Source: Promethearchaeota archaeon (lineage in GTDB: Archaea > Asgardarchaeota > Lokiarchaeia > Sigyniarchaeales > SOKP01). Taken from it: a stretch of DNA of 64,000 nt. A program made the translations under genes and the position numbers. Below, piece after piece: positions 30,790 to 42,427 of the stretch. The DNA lies in NCBI GenBank assembly GCA_011364925.1, contig RDOA01000015.1, positions 8,076 to 72,075 of the forward strand. The letters run 5' to 3'. The notes beneath the pieces are model-generated. The model searched no databases, was not told the origin of the DNA, and saw nothing but the letters and a program-made list of their open reading frames with translations. Position 1 is the stretch's first letter; every line of letters begins with the position of its first letter.

Positions 30790-31410
30790 TTATTCTTCAG
30801 ATTCAATAGAAACGAATATCTTATTAAATACTTGAGGTAGTCCTTCGATTATATTTTTTCTGGAAGCGATAATTAATAGGATTGAAAAAACCGCAGCAAC
30901 TATGAATTGAAAAAAGTTCCCCGGTACTTCTGCTAAAGCAGTAAAAACTCCAAGCCTAAGAATAAATGCTTCGTAAATAAAATAACCAAGAGGAATGAGA
31001 ATTCCACCAATAATTACAGCTAAACCGTCTCGGAGTGAAATTCTTCCTTTACATCCTTTAGGGTTGGAAATTATTCCAATAACGAAACCTTCAATTCCTT
31101 TGATAATTAATGTAGCAGGAGCGTAGATAATGTATGGTCCCGAGAAAAAATCAGCCAACATCGGACCCAAACCGCCAGTAATACCACCTATAATAGGCCC
31201 AAATAGGAGAGCTGTAAACATCACGGTTATATCACCTACATTGATATATCCTCCTGTTGCAGGAATTGGAATTTGAATCCAATAAGTTACTATAAAATTT
31301 AAAGCTGTAAAAATGGCTATAATTGAGATAGATAATACATTGTTGGGTAAAAGATAGCCTAGGAAATTTCGACCTTCCACTATTCTTGTTCTCTCCATAT
31401 TCAAAATCAC
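30790..31410 (-). CDS. ECF transporter S component
   Basis: IPIPATGGYINVGD, LADFFSG, APATLIIKG, PGN. Confidence 0.9.
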   Translation of the reverse strand: MILNMERTRIVEGRNFLGYLLPNNVLSISIIAIFTALNFIVTYWIQIPIPATGGYINVGDITVMFTALLFGPIIGGITGGLGPMLADFFSGPYIIYAPATLIIKGIEGFVIGIISNPKGCKGRISLRDGLAVIIGGILIPLGYFIYEAFILRLGVFTALAEVPGNFFQFIVAAVFSILLIIASRKNIIEGLPQVFNKIFVSIESEE

Positions 31411-31591
31411 TTACTTAATTATTATTTATTTAATTTAAAACTTATCTCTACGCCTTGCGGATTTTTATCAATGGGCAATATTTGGGAAATATATATATTG
31501 AATTATTTTTATTATGTCTTCGAAATAATCTCTAGATTATTTTTTAACCGCAATTATTAGGGTAATATACTCGAAGAGGTAGGTACTTAAA

Positions 31592-33157
31592 ATGGTTCTT
31601 AATAACAACAAGATTGATGATCTAGAAATCGATAACCTCTTCGAAAGAATTATTGCTTTATACAATGCTCTAATGAAGTCATTTCCTGATTTAGTCGTCA
31701 TATTAGGATTAGAAGGAAAAATAATTAATATTTCTCGTAATGTACAAGATTTTTACACCTCCAAGAATAAAGATGATTTTATAGGCAAAAACATTGTCGA
31801 ACTTATTGTACCTGAGGATAGAAACTTAATCGAAAAAAACCTTGCCGAGGCGTTGTCTCAAGGATTTTTAAAAATGATTGAATACACTTTTTTGGGAGAC
31901 AATAACACAGATTTTATAGGAGAGCTAAGTCTTAGTTTGATTAAAGATAAAAATGATAGTCCTAATTTTTTCATTGGGATAATAAGGGATATAACAAATC
32001 AAAAAAGGATTGAAAGCGAGTTAAGAGATAGTAAACAAATGTTCCAGCAAGTAATGGATAATATACCCCAATTAATATCGTGGAAAGACGAAAGCTCAAT
32101 ATATATGGGATGTAATAGTAATTTCGCTAGAGTTGCAGGACTTGAAAAACCTGCTGAGATAACAGGTAAAACCGATTATGAATTGCCATGGAAAGTTACT
32201 GAAGCAGAATCCTTTTATGAAATAGATCAATTAGTCATGGATACCAAGAAAACAGAACAACATATAATATTACCTCAACTTCAAGCAGATGGAAAGCAAG
32301 CTTGGCTTGATGCAAATAAAATACCTCTACTTGATTTAAATGATAAGGTAATAGGTTTGTTAAGCACTTACGAAGATATCACAAATAGAATTAAAGGAGA
32401 AGAAGCTTTAAAAAAATCTGAAAAGAGGTATAGGGAAGCATTTAATAGAGCGGAGTTTTATAAAGATGTTTTTGCACACGATGTAAGTAATATTTTGCAA
32501 GGTATACTCTCTTCCATCGAGATGTGTAAATTGGGGTTAAGTAATCCTCATGGGGAAACAAATCTCTCTAAGTTTTATGATATTATTGAAGATCAAGTAA
32601 ATAGAGGAGTTAAACTTATCTCAAACATAAGAAAAATTTCTTCTATTGATGATATGGAGAATTCTTTTATCCCTATTGAACTATGTAAGATTATTAAGAT
32701 TTCTTTAGAACAGATACACTATCTCTTCCCAAAGAAAATCATTCAAACTAATTATGAAGCAGAATTCGACGAAATATTTGTAATTGCTAATAATCTTTTT
32801 CAAGATGTCGTTGATAATATCCTTCATAATGGAGTTAAACATAACAATAGTCCTGTCATTGAAATTTCAGTGTCTATCTCAAAATTAATCAAAGATAATA
32901 TGAATTACATAAGAATACAATTTATAGATAATGGATTAGGAATCTCAGATACCTATAAGTCTATGATCTTTCAAAGAGGGACATTAGATCCAAAAAATTT
33001 TTATAGATTAGGGTTAGGTTTATCGCTAGTTAAAAGGTTAGTTGAAAGTTATGATGGAGAGATTTGGGTTGAAGATCGCGTGGAAGGAGATTATAAGAAA
33101 GGAAGTAAATTTATTATATTGATCAAAGAATATACAATTCTTTCTGAAAATAAATAA
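31592..33157 (+). CDS. Cytoplasmic PAS-PAS histidine kinase
   Basis: Two PAS/PAC domains, H-box AHDVSN, N-box, DNGLGI, GLGLSLV. Confidence 0.92.
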   Translation: MVLNNNKIDDLEIDNLFERIIALYNALMKSFPDLVVILGLEGKIINISRNVQDFYTSKNKDDFIGKNIVELIVPEDRNLIEKNLAEALSQGFLKMIEYTFLGDNNTDFIGELSLSLIKDKNDSPNFFIGIIRDITNQKRIESELRDSKQMFQQVMDNIPQLISWKDESSIYMGCNSNFARVAGLEKPAEITGKTDYELPWKVTEAESFYEIDQLVMDTKKTEQHIILPQLQADGKQAWLDANKIPLLDLNDKVIGLLSTYEDITNRIKGEEALKKSEKRYREAFNRAEFYKDVFAHDVSNILQGILSSIEMCKLGLSNPHGETNLSKFYDIIEDQVNRGVKLISNIRKISSIDDMENSFIPIELCKIIKISLEQIHYLFPKKIIQTNYEAEFDEIFVIANNLFQDVVDNILHNGVKHNNSPVIEISVSISKLIKDNMNYIRIQFIDNGLGISDTYKSMIFQRGTLDPKNFYRLGLGLSLVKRLVESYDGEIWVEDRVEGDYKKGSKFIILIKEYTILSENK

Positions 33158-33189
33158 ATCTTATTTTTTATTGAGAATAATTTAATCAT

Positions 33190-35784
33190 ATGTATATTTG
33201 TGTTAATAACTTAATTCAAACAGAGCAAAATGTTGAAGAAGTTCTGTTAATTCCCGAACCTCTTCACTTTAAGTTATTGAATTCTAATGGGTTAAAAATT
33301 GGTAAAGGAACTTCAATCGTAACTGATTTACAAAAAGATGATTTACATTTAATCGACAAATTCTTGATACAATTGAATAAATTAGGATTCAATGGAAATT
33401 TAGATGTTATCTATTCTCAAGAATATCCAAGAGTTTCTGACGATTCTACATTATTGGGATTGTGCGAAAAATTATTTCCTGAATTAAATATTAAGCTTCT
33501 AATGCAGCGTAAATTGGCAATTAAACAAGGTTATGTCTTAATTACAGATGGCTCAAGATTATACTTAAAAGGGGAATCCTTACACGGGATTTTTTATGGG
33601 ATTCAAACGCTAATTCAATTATTAAATTCTAATCCAAGCGAAGGATTATTCCCTTCAATAGCAATAGTTGATTTTCCCCTTTTAGAAATTAGAGGTGTTT
33701 CTGATGATATTTCAAGAGGCCAAGCCGCGACAATAGACAATCTTAAGAAGTTTATTCAAGTTCTCAGCCACTTCAAAATAAATCATTATTATCTGGTTTA
33801 TATGCAAGATATGTTTAGATTTGAAAATTATCCAGAAATAGGAAAAGGGAGAGGAGGATACACAAAAGCGGAAATAGAAGACTTATTTAAATTTGCGAAG
33901 GATAACTTTGTAGAATTAATCCCTATATTTCAAACGATCGGGCATTGGGATAATATACTATATCAAGAAAATTTTTGGCAATACGGTGAATTTCCTGGTT
34001 CAAATAGTTTGAACATTGCTAACGAAGAAATTTATCCTATCTTAGATAATATGATAAAGGAATTAAGTGAAGTTTTTAAATCTGAATATTTCCACATAGC
34101 AGCTGATGAAAGTTGGGATGTTGGAAAAGGTAAATCGAAAGAATATATAGAGAAACTCGGAATTGACAAAGCGTATTTGAAACATTACAAGATAATTCAT
34201 GACATAGTAAAGAAGCACGGGTATGATAAAATCATAATATATCACGATATACTTTGCAAATATGATGAAGTGCTTAAAGATTTACCTAAAGATATGATTG
34301 TGATGTATTGGAAATACAATATAAAAGAAAAACATCCACTTTTGGAAAAAATAAAGGAATTTCACCTACCATTCATAGTTAGTCCTTCCATTATGGATTA
34401 TAATCGCGTTTTTCCATCATTAATTCGAGCAGAAAAAAATATCACAAATCTAATAAAGGATGGATACAAAAATGGTGCAATAGGTGAAATAACTTCAAGT
34501 TGGGGCGATTACTATAACAAAGAAATAAGGGAAAATAGAATGTATGGATTTATATACTCGTCTCAAGTAGGTTGGAATCCACAAAAGGGATTTAATATCG
34601 TTAAATACTGGAAAAGCTTTTTAATTCATTTTTTCGGTATATACGATGAAAAATTGTTTAGAGTAATAAAAATCCTAAGATCAATTGAAAGCGAAAGGCG
34701 GTTACATACAAGACCCACATTTTACTATAATCACTTTTTTAGCCATCCATACAATAAAAAAAGTTCTACATATAAAAAAAGCTTAAAAACTTCTAAATTC
34801 GATAAACTAGTCGAAGAATTGGATGAATTAATTGCAATATGCAGTGATTTTGAATCAAAAGTATTAAGAAATAAGGAGAACCTTTTAAATCTTGCTTTTG
34901 TTGCTAAACACATCAAATTTTATTGCAGAAAACGTATAAATTCCAGGAAGTTAGTTGACTTTTCCCCTGCTTTGGCAAAAAATGAATACAAACTACTACT
35001 AATTCAAGAAATTGAGTCGTTAATAGATGAGCTAATGGCTCTCTTAAAAGAATACGAATTACTGTGGTTAAAAGTCGCAAAAAAAGAAGGTTTTGCTCCA
35101 ATAAAAATGAAATACATGTGGTTATCTAATTTTTATACGAGTAAAATTGAAAATTTAAAAAATAATATTGAATGGCAAAATCCGAATATACCCAGCAAAA
35201 CTATATATCTCGATGCAAAAGAACGGCATCAAATTTCAACGACATACTATAAAAAAAATATTACGATAAATGAAGAGATTGAAACAGCACATATCCAAGT
35301 AATGGGAGGAACTTTTGCTAAAGTTTTTGTAAACGATAATTTTGTGGGTTATGTAATTACTCGTCATTCGCTTAATTATGTAATTCTAAAAAACAATATT
35401 AAAATATTTGAGATAAAAGAGTACCTGAAAGCAGGTGAAAATCAAATTGTTATAGAAAATACCGATTATAGCGGTGGCATTGGATTGATTAACATATATG
35501 GTGAGATTCTACTAAAGTCTAATCAAAAAATTCGAATAGTGTCAGACAAATCTTGGCTAGCTGTAAGAAATCGTGATTTAGAATGGGACAAAGTTAGAAG
35601 CTTTGGCTCTCCACCTAAATTTATAGGAGGACTCTGTTATCCAGATTTTAAAAATAATCAACATTCGTTAGAAAGTGATATGATGACTACATTTAATGCT
35701 TTAATTAGTCGCTTTCCAAAAAGATTGTATTGGTTATTAAAGGTAGTCATGAAGTTATTTAACCGGTATAATATTATCGAGTAG
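33190..35784 (+). CDS. GH20 beta-N-acetylhexosaminidase-like protein
   Basis: [30 protein letters not shown] (catalytic DE); C-terminal beta-rich domain. Confidence 0.88.
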   Translation: MYICVNNLIQTEQNVEEVLLIPEPLHFKLLNSNGLKIGKGTSIVTDLQKDDLHLIDKFLIQLNKLGFNGNLDVIYSQEYPRVSDDSTLLGLCEKLFPELNIKLLMQRKLAIKQGYVLITDGSRLYLKGESLHGIFYGIQTLIQLLNSNPSEGLFPSIAIVDFPLLEIRGVSDDISRGQAATIDNLKKFIQVLSHFKINHYYLVYMQDMFRFENYPEIGKGRGGYTKAEIEDLFKFAKDNFVELIPIFQTIGHWDNILYQENFWQYGEFPGSNSLNIANEEIYPILDNMIKELSEVFKSEYFHIAADESWDVGKGKSKEYIEKLGIDKAYLKHYKIIHDIVKKHGYDKIIIYHDILCKYDEVLKDLPKDMIVMYWKYNIKEKHPLLEKIKEFHLPFIVSPSIMDYNRVFPSLIRAEKNITNLIKDGYKNGAIGEITSSWGDYYNKEIRENRMYGFIYSSQVGWNPQKGFNIVKYWKSFLIHFFGIYDEKLFRVIKILRSIESERRLHTRPTFYYNHFFSHPYNKKSSTYKKSLKTSKFDKLVEELDELIAICSDFESKVLRNKENLLNLAFVAKHIKFYCRKRINSRKLVDFSPALAKNEYKLLLIQEIESLIDELMALLKEYELLWLKVAKKEGFAPIKMKYMWLSNFYTSKIENLKNNIEWQNPNIPSKTIYLDAKERHQISTTYYKKNITINEEIETAHIQVMGGTFAKVFVNDNFVGYVITRHSLNYVILKNNIKIFEIKEYLKAGENQIVIENTDYSGGIGLINIYGEILLKSNQKIRIVSDKSWLAVRNRDLEWDKVRSFGSPPKFIGGLCYPDFKNNQHSLESDMMTTFNALISRFPKRLYWLLKVVMKLFNRYNIIE

Positions 35785-36015
35785 TTCCTTAAATCTTAAA
35801 AAAATAGAAATTTAAAAATTATTTTAATTTCTTTATAAATCCTAGCTTAGTTTTGCAACTTTTTTGGGTTGATTTCTAATGTGACTTTGGGTTTGCCGTC
35901 AGATGGAATCGATATTCTTTCTATATTAAAAAAAGATATTAGATTCGTGAAAAACTTAAGTAGGAGCTTTTGGAATAAAGAAAATAAAATAAATGAAGTT
36001 TATATTGAAGATTTT

Positions 36016-36972
36016 TTAAAAGTTGGAATAGATCATGAACTTATTTGCCGAACCTAAACTATATATTTCGAATTTTGATCCTTTCTTAGTCTCACAAAAC
36101 ATTTGGATCATAGGAAAGAGATAAATTTGAGTAGTAATTTGAGCTTCTTTATCTTTATCGTAGGTTTTAAAATCGCTTCCTGCGGAACTGATTGTCTTTT
36201 TGATATTTTTATTCCAGTAACCTAAAGATGGCTCGGCTTTAGATTCTAATTCTTTAAAGTCATTAAATCTTATGCCTTCAACTTCTTCGATCATTTGGTG
36301 AAGGTCACGCTCAATCTCTTTTTCATATTTCGTTTGAGCACTACTATGAAGAACTGGGATTCCTGTAACAACAGTTTTATAAGGAACTGGGAGAATTTGG
36401 TATTTGTACAAACTTTTATGTCCTCCACAATCTCTACACGGCTCTTTACTCGTGCCAGAGCCATAACAAACCCCACATGAATAAGAAAACGTTTTATCTT
36501 CTTTTTTTTGTTCTTCTCCCGTTAAGATACCCAACTTCTCTTCAATTTTTCCCGTTCCTTTGCATATTCTGCACTTATCTTCTATATATCCCTTACCATT
36601 ACATTTTTTGCACGAGACAGCCTGAATAGTCTCGTAGGTCGGTACTTTATCATCACCCTTCCAATTTTCTTTATTAACCTTCGATGTTCCCTTGAAAGAA
36701 TAGAATGTTTCTCTCGGTACTTTTGGTGCAAGAACAGTTTTTTCTTCCGTTCCCTTGGGAACTGCGCCTACTGTTTTTTTAATCGCAAAATAGATTGCTG
36801 CTTCTTTTTGTGTGTCTTTGACATATTCTGCTGCACTTATAGCATCTAAAGTAAAAACAGCACCTTTTGTGCCGAATTGTTTTTCCATTTTCTTTTTGTC
36901 ATTTCTGACTGACTGAAGCTTCCATTTTTCAAAAATATCGTCTAGATTAGGAGTTTTTATTCTCACTGACAT
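36016..36972 (-). CDS. CXXCXGXG zinc-finger protein, SSUH2-like
   Basis: CKKCNGKG, CRICKGTG, CGVCYGSG, CRDCGG; no J-domain. Confidence 0.75.
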   Translation of the reverse strand: MSVRIKTPNLDDIFEKWKLQSVRNDKKKMEKQFGTKGAVFTLDAISAAEYVKDTQKEAAIYFAIKKTVGAVPKGTEEKTVLAPKVPRETFYSFKGTSKVNKENWKGDDKVPTYETIQAVSCKKCNGKGYIEDKCRICKGTGKIEEKLGILTGEEQKKEDKTFSYSCGVCYGSGTSKEPCRDCGGHKSLYKYQILPVPYKTVVTGIPVLHSSAQTKYEKEIERDLHQMIEEVEGIRFNDFKELESKAEPSLGYWNKNIKKTISSAGSDFKTYDKDKEAQITTQIYLFPMIQMFCETKKGSKFEIYSLGSANKFMIYSNF

Positions 36973-37180
36973 AATTAATAATCTTCCATCTGGTTTAATT
37001 CTATAATTGAAATTGAATAATAAACATCTAGAATATAAGCTTAATTTTAAAACTATTTATCCTTTTTTTACACCATTTAGTTCAATTTTGAAATTGTAAA
37101 TAGTTAAATTAGAGTAATTAAATTATTTTATATAGAGTTAAAAAATATTCATGTTACAAAATCATATTCCAATTCTTATC

Positions 37181-37348
37181 ATGTCGTCAGAAGAGCGTCA
37201 AGCAGTCGAGTATTTTAAACAGTGGATGAGCCCTAATGGTGGGGGTTTGGCACAGTGGATTGAGCATTTCTTAAATCAAGGCGATGAAGCGAAATTGAGA
37301 CAAATTAAACAGGTTTATGACAAGATAAAAGCTGTATTTGGTTTTTAG
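37181..37348 (+). CDS. Small hypothetical protein
   Basis: MSSEERQAVEYFKQW...; plausible helical protein (alternative start 37151). Confidence 0.6.
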   Translation: MSSEERQAVEYFKQWMSPNGGGLAQWIEHFLNQGDEAKLRQIKQVYDKIKAVFGF

Positions 37349-37399
37349 GTTTTAAATTTATATTATTTTGGCGACACAATCAAGTGTATTATAAGATCA

Positions 37400-40078
37400 G
37401 TGATTTTTCTTTTGATTACCATTTCTAGAGCCTATTTTATTGCTTTCGATAAAAATTGGGAGAGCAAAAAAGAACAAAGCTTTATTGTGAACTTCTTTTA
37501 TTTGAAATCGTTTAAGAAGAAAAGCCAGACATATTCGTACATAAAAAAACCTTTTTTGAAAGGAATCGTAATCTTTGGATTAGACTTTAAAGACAAGATT
37601 CGTCCTGTTAGTTTTTCTAAGATAGAGGTAGATGGAAAATTAGAACCAATTAATCCACGACTTCTTAAAGGTTTTTTAATTGATGAGAGAAATAAGTTTA
37701 TCGCTTTTTCAAGTCAAACTAACCAAGAAGAATTTACTCCTATCATAAAAATGCTTGAAAATCTTCAATATGATAATGATAAAATTATAACTATGACTTT
37801 TTGCAAATCATGCTTAAATGATAAAAAATTTACAATTTTAAGCGAAAAATCTAAGATTAAATCAGTAAATAATCAGTTTCTTTGTCCTGATTGTGCGTTA
37901 GATGCTGTAGTGAATCAAGCGCAAACAATAGGAATCATATCATCTGATAAACTTAGTCCTAAGCTCAAAAATTTCTTCATGCACTTAATACTCAAGTTCC
38001 GAGATATAAATAGAATACTGAACACTTTTAAAGCAGATTTCAACCCAATAAAAGACAGAGAAATGACTATTTATGATATCGAAAAAAATCCATCAATTAG
38101 TAAGAAATATCAAAATTATATGATTGATGATGTAAATATACCTACAAAATTTAATAATTTATTAAAAGAACTTAATATTTCAAAACTCCTACCAATACAA
38201 GCGATTTCAATAGAGAAGGGTTTAATACACAATCACAAAAACCAATTAGTTATGGCTCCAACATCAGCAGGTAAAACTCTTATTGGTGAATTAGCAGGAG
38301 TATCAAGAATTCTAGAAGATCACCGGAAACTTTTGTATTTAGTACCAATTAGAGCCCTTGCAAGTTTAAGAACTGAAGAATTCAAAAATAAATATAAACC
38401 ACTGGAATTGAAAATTATTAAAAGAATAGGAGAATCAATATTAGAAAAAAAAGATTTAGAGACGATAGAGGAATTAACAGATGCTGATATAATCATTGCT
38501 ACATATGAAGCAATTGACTATATTTTAAGAAGCGGAAATAAAGATAAATTGGGCTCTATAGGGACGATAATTATTGATGAAATTCAGACTTTAATTGACC
38601 AAGAGCGCGGATATATATTAGATGGGTTAATAGCTCGTCTAAAATCATTTTTTAAGGATACACAATATTTGTATTTAAGTGCGACAATAGGAGCACCAGA
38701 AGCCTTGGCTAAAAAACTGGACTGCATTTTAATTAAGTACAACAATAGACCAGTTCCAATCGAACGGCATTTAATCCTTTGTTTGAACGAGGCTGTCAAA
38801 TTAAGAATTCTGACTAAATTAGTGCGAGCAGCCTTCTTAGAACGCTCATCATATGGATTTAAAGGGCAATCTATAATATTTACAAATTCAAGAAAAAAGT
38901 GCGAGTCGTTAACGAATTATCTACAAAATAAAGGTTTAAAAGTAAAATCTTACCATTCAGGACTAACTAATGAAGAGAGAGCAGAAATTGAAAATGAATT
39001 TCAAAATCAATATATCTCTGCAGTTGTAGCAACTGCGGCTTTAGCTGCTGGTGTTGATTTACCCGCTAAGCAAGTAATTTTTGAATCCTTAACTATGGGT
39101 ATAAATTTACTGACAGTTGCAGAATTTGAACAGATGTTGGGAAGAGCGGGAAGGTTAAAAAAGCATGATATTGGAAGAGCATATCTTCTTGTCGAACCTG
39201 GAAAGATCTATTCTCATAAAACAAAAATTACTGAAGATAATATTGCTATTAATTTATTAAATGGAAAAATAAAAGATTATGAATTACAACCCGATGGAGA
39301 TAAATCTTTAACTGAACTACTCGCTCTTGTTTCAATGTATCAAGATGGAATCGAACGAGAAAAAATTTATAGATTTAATGAGTATTTAATTAATTCCGAT
39401 TATGAGATAGAGGAATTCTTAAAAAAACTAGTTAACTTTCAATTAGTTAAATTAGAGAGCAGATTTATTTTCAAATGTACCTTTTTAGGCCAATCAATCG
39501 CTAAATCTTTTCTTACCGTTGAAAAAAGCTTGGAAATTGTGGAGTTTCTTAAAAAAAAAGAAAAAACGATAGTTGATATTGTCCTTGAATTGAAACCGCT
39601 CAGAAATGTTTATCTAACAAAGAAAGTAGTTGCTGATTTATCAAAACACAGAGCTGCAAAGTATTCCTCAAATAATTTCTTTAGCGCTAGTGTTCTCTCG
39701 TTGATGGATGCAAATTATGTTAGAAAGAGGAAATCCTTCTCAGATGAGTTTATTGAATATGTAGTAAAATGGACTCAAGAGATTTTTAATTGTGAATGTA
39801 AGGATAAACCCTATTGTGAATGCGGTAGAATTAATCTGGAACGAATAATCTTAGACTTAAGGATTGAAAAAAGATTGTCAATTAGTGAAATTAGTGAATA
39901 TCTCGAAGAAGAGCTAAAAATCTTAATCTATAAAGGAGATATAACTGATTATTTAGAAAATTTAATCTATTCTTTCGAAAGTATACTTAATATTTCACAA
40001 GGTATCCCTAATTTGGACTCAGAATACGAGAAAGAAATCTCTCAGATTCCCAAAATTATTGAAAATATTAAAAATTGA
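37400..40078 (+). CDS. Archaeal SF2 helicase (COG1202/MJ1401-like)
   Basis: APTSAGKT, DEIQ, SAT, YHSG, AAGVDLP, QMLGRAGR; CECKDKPYCECG. Confidence 0.92.
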   Translation: MIFLLITISRAYFIAFDKNWESKKEQSFIVNFFYLKSFKKKSQTYSYIKKPFLKGIVIFGLDFKDKIRPVSFSKIEVDGKLEPINPRLLKGFLIDERNKFIAFSSQTNQEEFTPIIKMLENLQYDNDKIITMTFCKSCLNDKKFTILSEKSKIKSVNNQFLCPDCALDAVVNQAQTIGIISSDKLSPKLKNFFMHLILKFRDINRILNTFKADFNPIKDREMTIYDIEKNPSISKKYQNYMIDDVNIPTKFNNLLKELNISKLLPIQAISIEKGLIHNHKNQLVMAPTSAGKTLIGELAGVSRILEDHRKLLYLVPIRALASLRTEEFKNKYKPLELKIIKRIGESILEKKDLETIEELTDADIIIATYEAIDYILRSGNKDKLGSIGTIIIDEIQTLIDQERGYILDGLIARLKSFFKDTQYLYLSATIGAPEALAKKLDCILIKYNNRPVPIERHLILCLNEAVKLRILTKLVRAAFLERSSYGFKGQSIIFTNSRKKCESLTNYLQNKGLKVKSYHSGLTNEERAEIENEFQNQYISAVVATAALAAGVDLPAKQVIFESLTMGINLLTVAEFEQMLGRAGRLKKHDIGRAYLLVEPGKIYSHKTKITEDNIAINLLNGKIKDYELQPDGDKSLTELLALVSMYQDGIEREKIYRFNEYLINSDYEIEEFLKKLVNFQLVKLESRFIFKCTFLGQSIAKSFLTVEKSLEIVEFLKKKEKTIVDIVLELKPLRNVYLTKKVVADLSKHRAAKYSSNNFFSASVLSLMDANYVRKRKSFSDEFIEYVVKWTQEIFNCECKDKPYCECGRINLERIILDLRIEKRLSISEISEYLEEELKILIYKGDITDYLENLIYSFESILNISQGIPNLDSEYEKEISQIPKIIENIKN

Positions 40079-40203
40079 TTTTATTATTGTAGAATTAAAA
40101 TTTAATGATAAAGATTTAATAAATATATTACTATTCGAATATTAATCGGTTACCAATATTTCTGATAAAAATGTAAGGATCAATTACAATTTTCTGTACT
40201 TAT

Positions 40204-41163
40204 ATGATTTATTCCATTTTTCTTTATCAAAGCCACACTGGATTATTGATTTACGAAAAGAGTTTTCAAGATATTAGTGCGGGAAAAATGGAAATGTTTA
40301 GTTCTTTTTTCTCAGCGATTAAAACTTTTGTTTCTGAACTTGTTTTAGGGGATTCTCAGGATCGCTCAAATGAATTGACAAACATCGAACTAAAAGATTA
40401 TATCATTCTAATCACCTCTTTACCTAAAATTAAAGTCGATATGGCAATTATCGCTGATAAAGAAGATATTAAATCCATAAACAAAGTTATACCAAAATTA
40501 ATTAAATTGTTAAACAAATACGAACAACTATTTCTTTTATGGAATGGAAATAAGGATGAATTAACTATTTTAGATAACCCACTTACAGAATCAATTGTAT
40601 CTAATGTAAAAGTTGTGAGAAAATCTTTGTTAGAACATCCTGGTCAGATGTTAAAATCAATTTGGGCGCATAAAAAGAAACTCTCAGAAGAAAACGTTGA
40701 AAATCTAATCCAAGAACGAGATTTATTAATTTACAAAATTGAGAATATTGGGAATCTCCCAACTAAAATTGCTATGTCTAAAACCGTTATTGATTTATCA
40801 GAGAAATTAAACGATGAATTAACCTTTCTGAAATATCAGGATGAGATTATTAAGCTAAAAAATGAATTAAACGATGTTAAGTTCAAATTGAGCTATTACT
40901 TAGAAAAAACAAGAGAAGCTTTAAATGAGGCTATATGTAAGTTAGGTGATAAACCACTTCATTTAGGCGATTTTAAAAGCACATATCTTAATTTGTATTC
41001 CTTTAGCACAAAGCTGAAATTAATAAAAGAAAGTGGTTGGGAAATCTATCGCGATTCTGCAACTAAATTAATTGAAAAAGACATGGTAAGTGAACATGAT
41101 CTTTCTCAAATTATCCAAGATTTGTTAAAAATGAGTACTAATGTTGAAGATTATTTGAGTTAA
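40204..41163 (+). CDS. Longin-like N-terminal domain plus helical C-terminus
   Basis: GLLIYEKSF..MFSSFFSAIKTFVSEL pattern typical of Asgard longin-like proteins. Confidence 0.7.
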   Translation: MIYSIFLYQSHTGLLIYEKSFQDISAGKMEMFSSFFSAIKTFVSELVLGDSQDRSNELTNIELKDYIILITSLPKIKVDMAIIADKEDIKSINKVIPKLIKLLNKYEQLFLLWNGNKDELTILDNPLTESIVSNVKVVRKSLLEHPGQMLKSIWAHKKKLSEENVENLIQERDLLIYKIENIGNLPTKIAMSKTVIDLSEKLNDELTFLKYQDEIIKLKNELNDVKFKLSYYLEKTREALNEAICKLGDKPLHLGDFKSTYLNLYSFSTKLKLIKESGWEIYRDSATKLIEKDMVSEHDLSQIIQDLLKMSTNVEDYLS

Positions 41164-41191
41164 CTATATCTATTTCAATTCATTCTAATTT

Positions 41192-42394
41192 TTATTTAGT
41201 ATGTAATTCGATTATATCATTTTCTTTTAACTCGTAATTTAAACCAACTTTTTTCTTTTTTTGTTTTACGCCTTTCCGAATAACGATAGCATAATCGAAT
41301 GATTCGTAAAAACTTCGATGTATTTTAATTGCTACATCCCTTATCGTAGGCTGAATTTGGATACAATCAAGAATAAGCGGTTTTTCTGCAATTACACCCT
41401 TATGCATAGTATAAATTTTGATTTTTTTTAAAAAGGTCAGTACGATTTTTCCAAAATCCTCTGGAATTTCCCCCTTTATAGCACTCGTCCCTATTACCAA
41501 TGGGAACTGGTTAGAATAATAATTTTGTAATTCAAAAAATGTATTTTTGGTAAGTGATAAGTCTCCTTTAGTTCCCAATATGATAGCTTTCTTGTATGCT
41601 ACAGAAGGATTTAGTGCATCTACAACCTGATCAAGCTCAATCTGTCCAAAAATTTTAACAATCCCGTTCCGTATACCTCCAGCGTGAACTATTTCTGTAA
41701 TTTTCTCTGTCAATTCTTCAAGATTATTATTTTTTTTAGCTTCACTTGTTAAATAAAATACTTGAATTTTATTGGATCCTGTTTTTTCGATTGTAATTGG
41801 AGGAGGAGGGAGATTAATTCGTATGTGAGATTCACTTAATTCGTTAAGTAGCAAATTCATTTGCTCCTGATAATTACGTGATAAATCAACGCAAAAACAT
41901 ATTAGATCACATGCTCTTAATTGAGAAATTATTTCTTTGCCATTACCTATTCCGTTCGCTGCCCCTTCCATTATGGAAGGCATGTCTACTATTTGGTAAC
42001 GAACTTTATTATACTCATAAATTCCTATTTCAGGTAAAGGTGTAAATTTGCCAATCTTTTCTTTTGCAGTTCCTGTTAATAAATTGAGAATAGAAGTTTT
42101 TCCTACTCCGGGAGTATGATAATCACTTATTAGAATCAATTGGATTCCTTCTTTTTTTATAGAAAAGGGACTAACTTGCTTACCCATAGATTTACTACGA
42201 ATTTTTTGAGCTTCTTGTTCTCTTCTAAGTTTAGCAAGCCGCGATTTGTTTAAGGCAACAATTTTCTCTGTAGCTTTGTGTTTTGGAACTAAGGAAAGAA
42301 ATTCTTCTAAGCGGTTAATCCTTTCATCAATCGTAGTAGCATCTAAATACTTTTGATAAGCGGCTTCAGCTTCTGGTCCTATATTTGAACTCAA
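41192..42394 (-). CDS. DRG/OBG-family GTPase with TGS domain
   Basis: PKHKATEK, PGVGKTS, TKGD, VAIKIH, VGLNYELKENDIIE. Confidence 0.88.
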   Translation of the reverse strand: MSSNIGPEAEAAYQKYLDATTIDERINRLEEFLSLVPKHKATEKIVALNKSRLAKLRREQEAQKIRSKSMGKQVSPFSIKKEGIQLILISDYHTPGVGKTSILNLLTGTAKEKIGKFTPLPEIGIYEYNKVRYQIVDMPSIMEGAANGIGNGKEIISQLRACDLICFCVDLSRNYQEQMNLLLNELSESHIRINLPPPPITIEKTGSNKIQVFYLTSEAKKNNNLEELTEKITEIVHAGGIRNGIVKIFGQIELDQVVDALNPSVAYKKAIILGTKGDLSLTKNTFFELQNYYSNQFPLVIGTSAIKGEIPEDFGKIVLTFLKKIKIYTMHKGVIAEKPLILDCIQIQPTIRDVAIKIHRSFYESFDYAIVIRKGVKQKKKKVGLNYELKENDIIELHTK

Positions 42395-42427
42395 TAAAAA
42401 AGACCTCTCTTAATTTGTATTTATAAT

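Noticed and set aside
35869-36057. 62-aa plus-strand ORF and a 25-aa minus-strand alternative
   Set aside because: The plus-strand ORF overlaps the convergent gene end; neither has motifs or a convincing start.
36016-36972. DnaJ chaperone
   Set aside because: No J-domain HPD motif or G/F-rich region.
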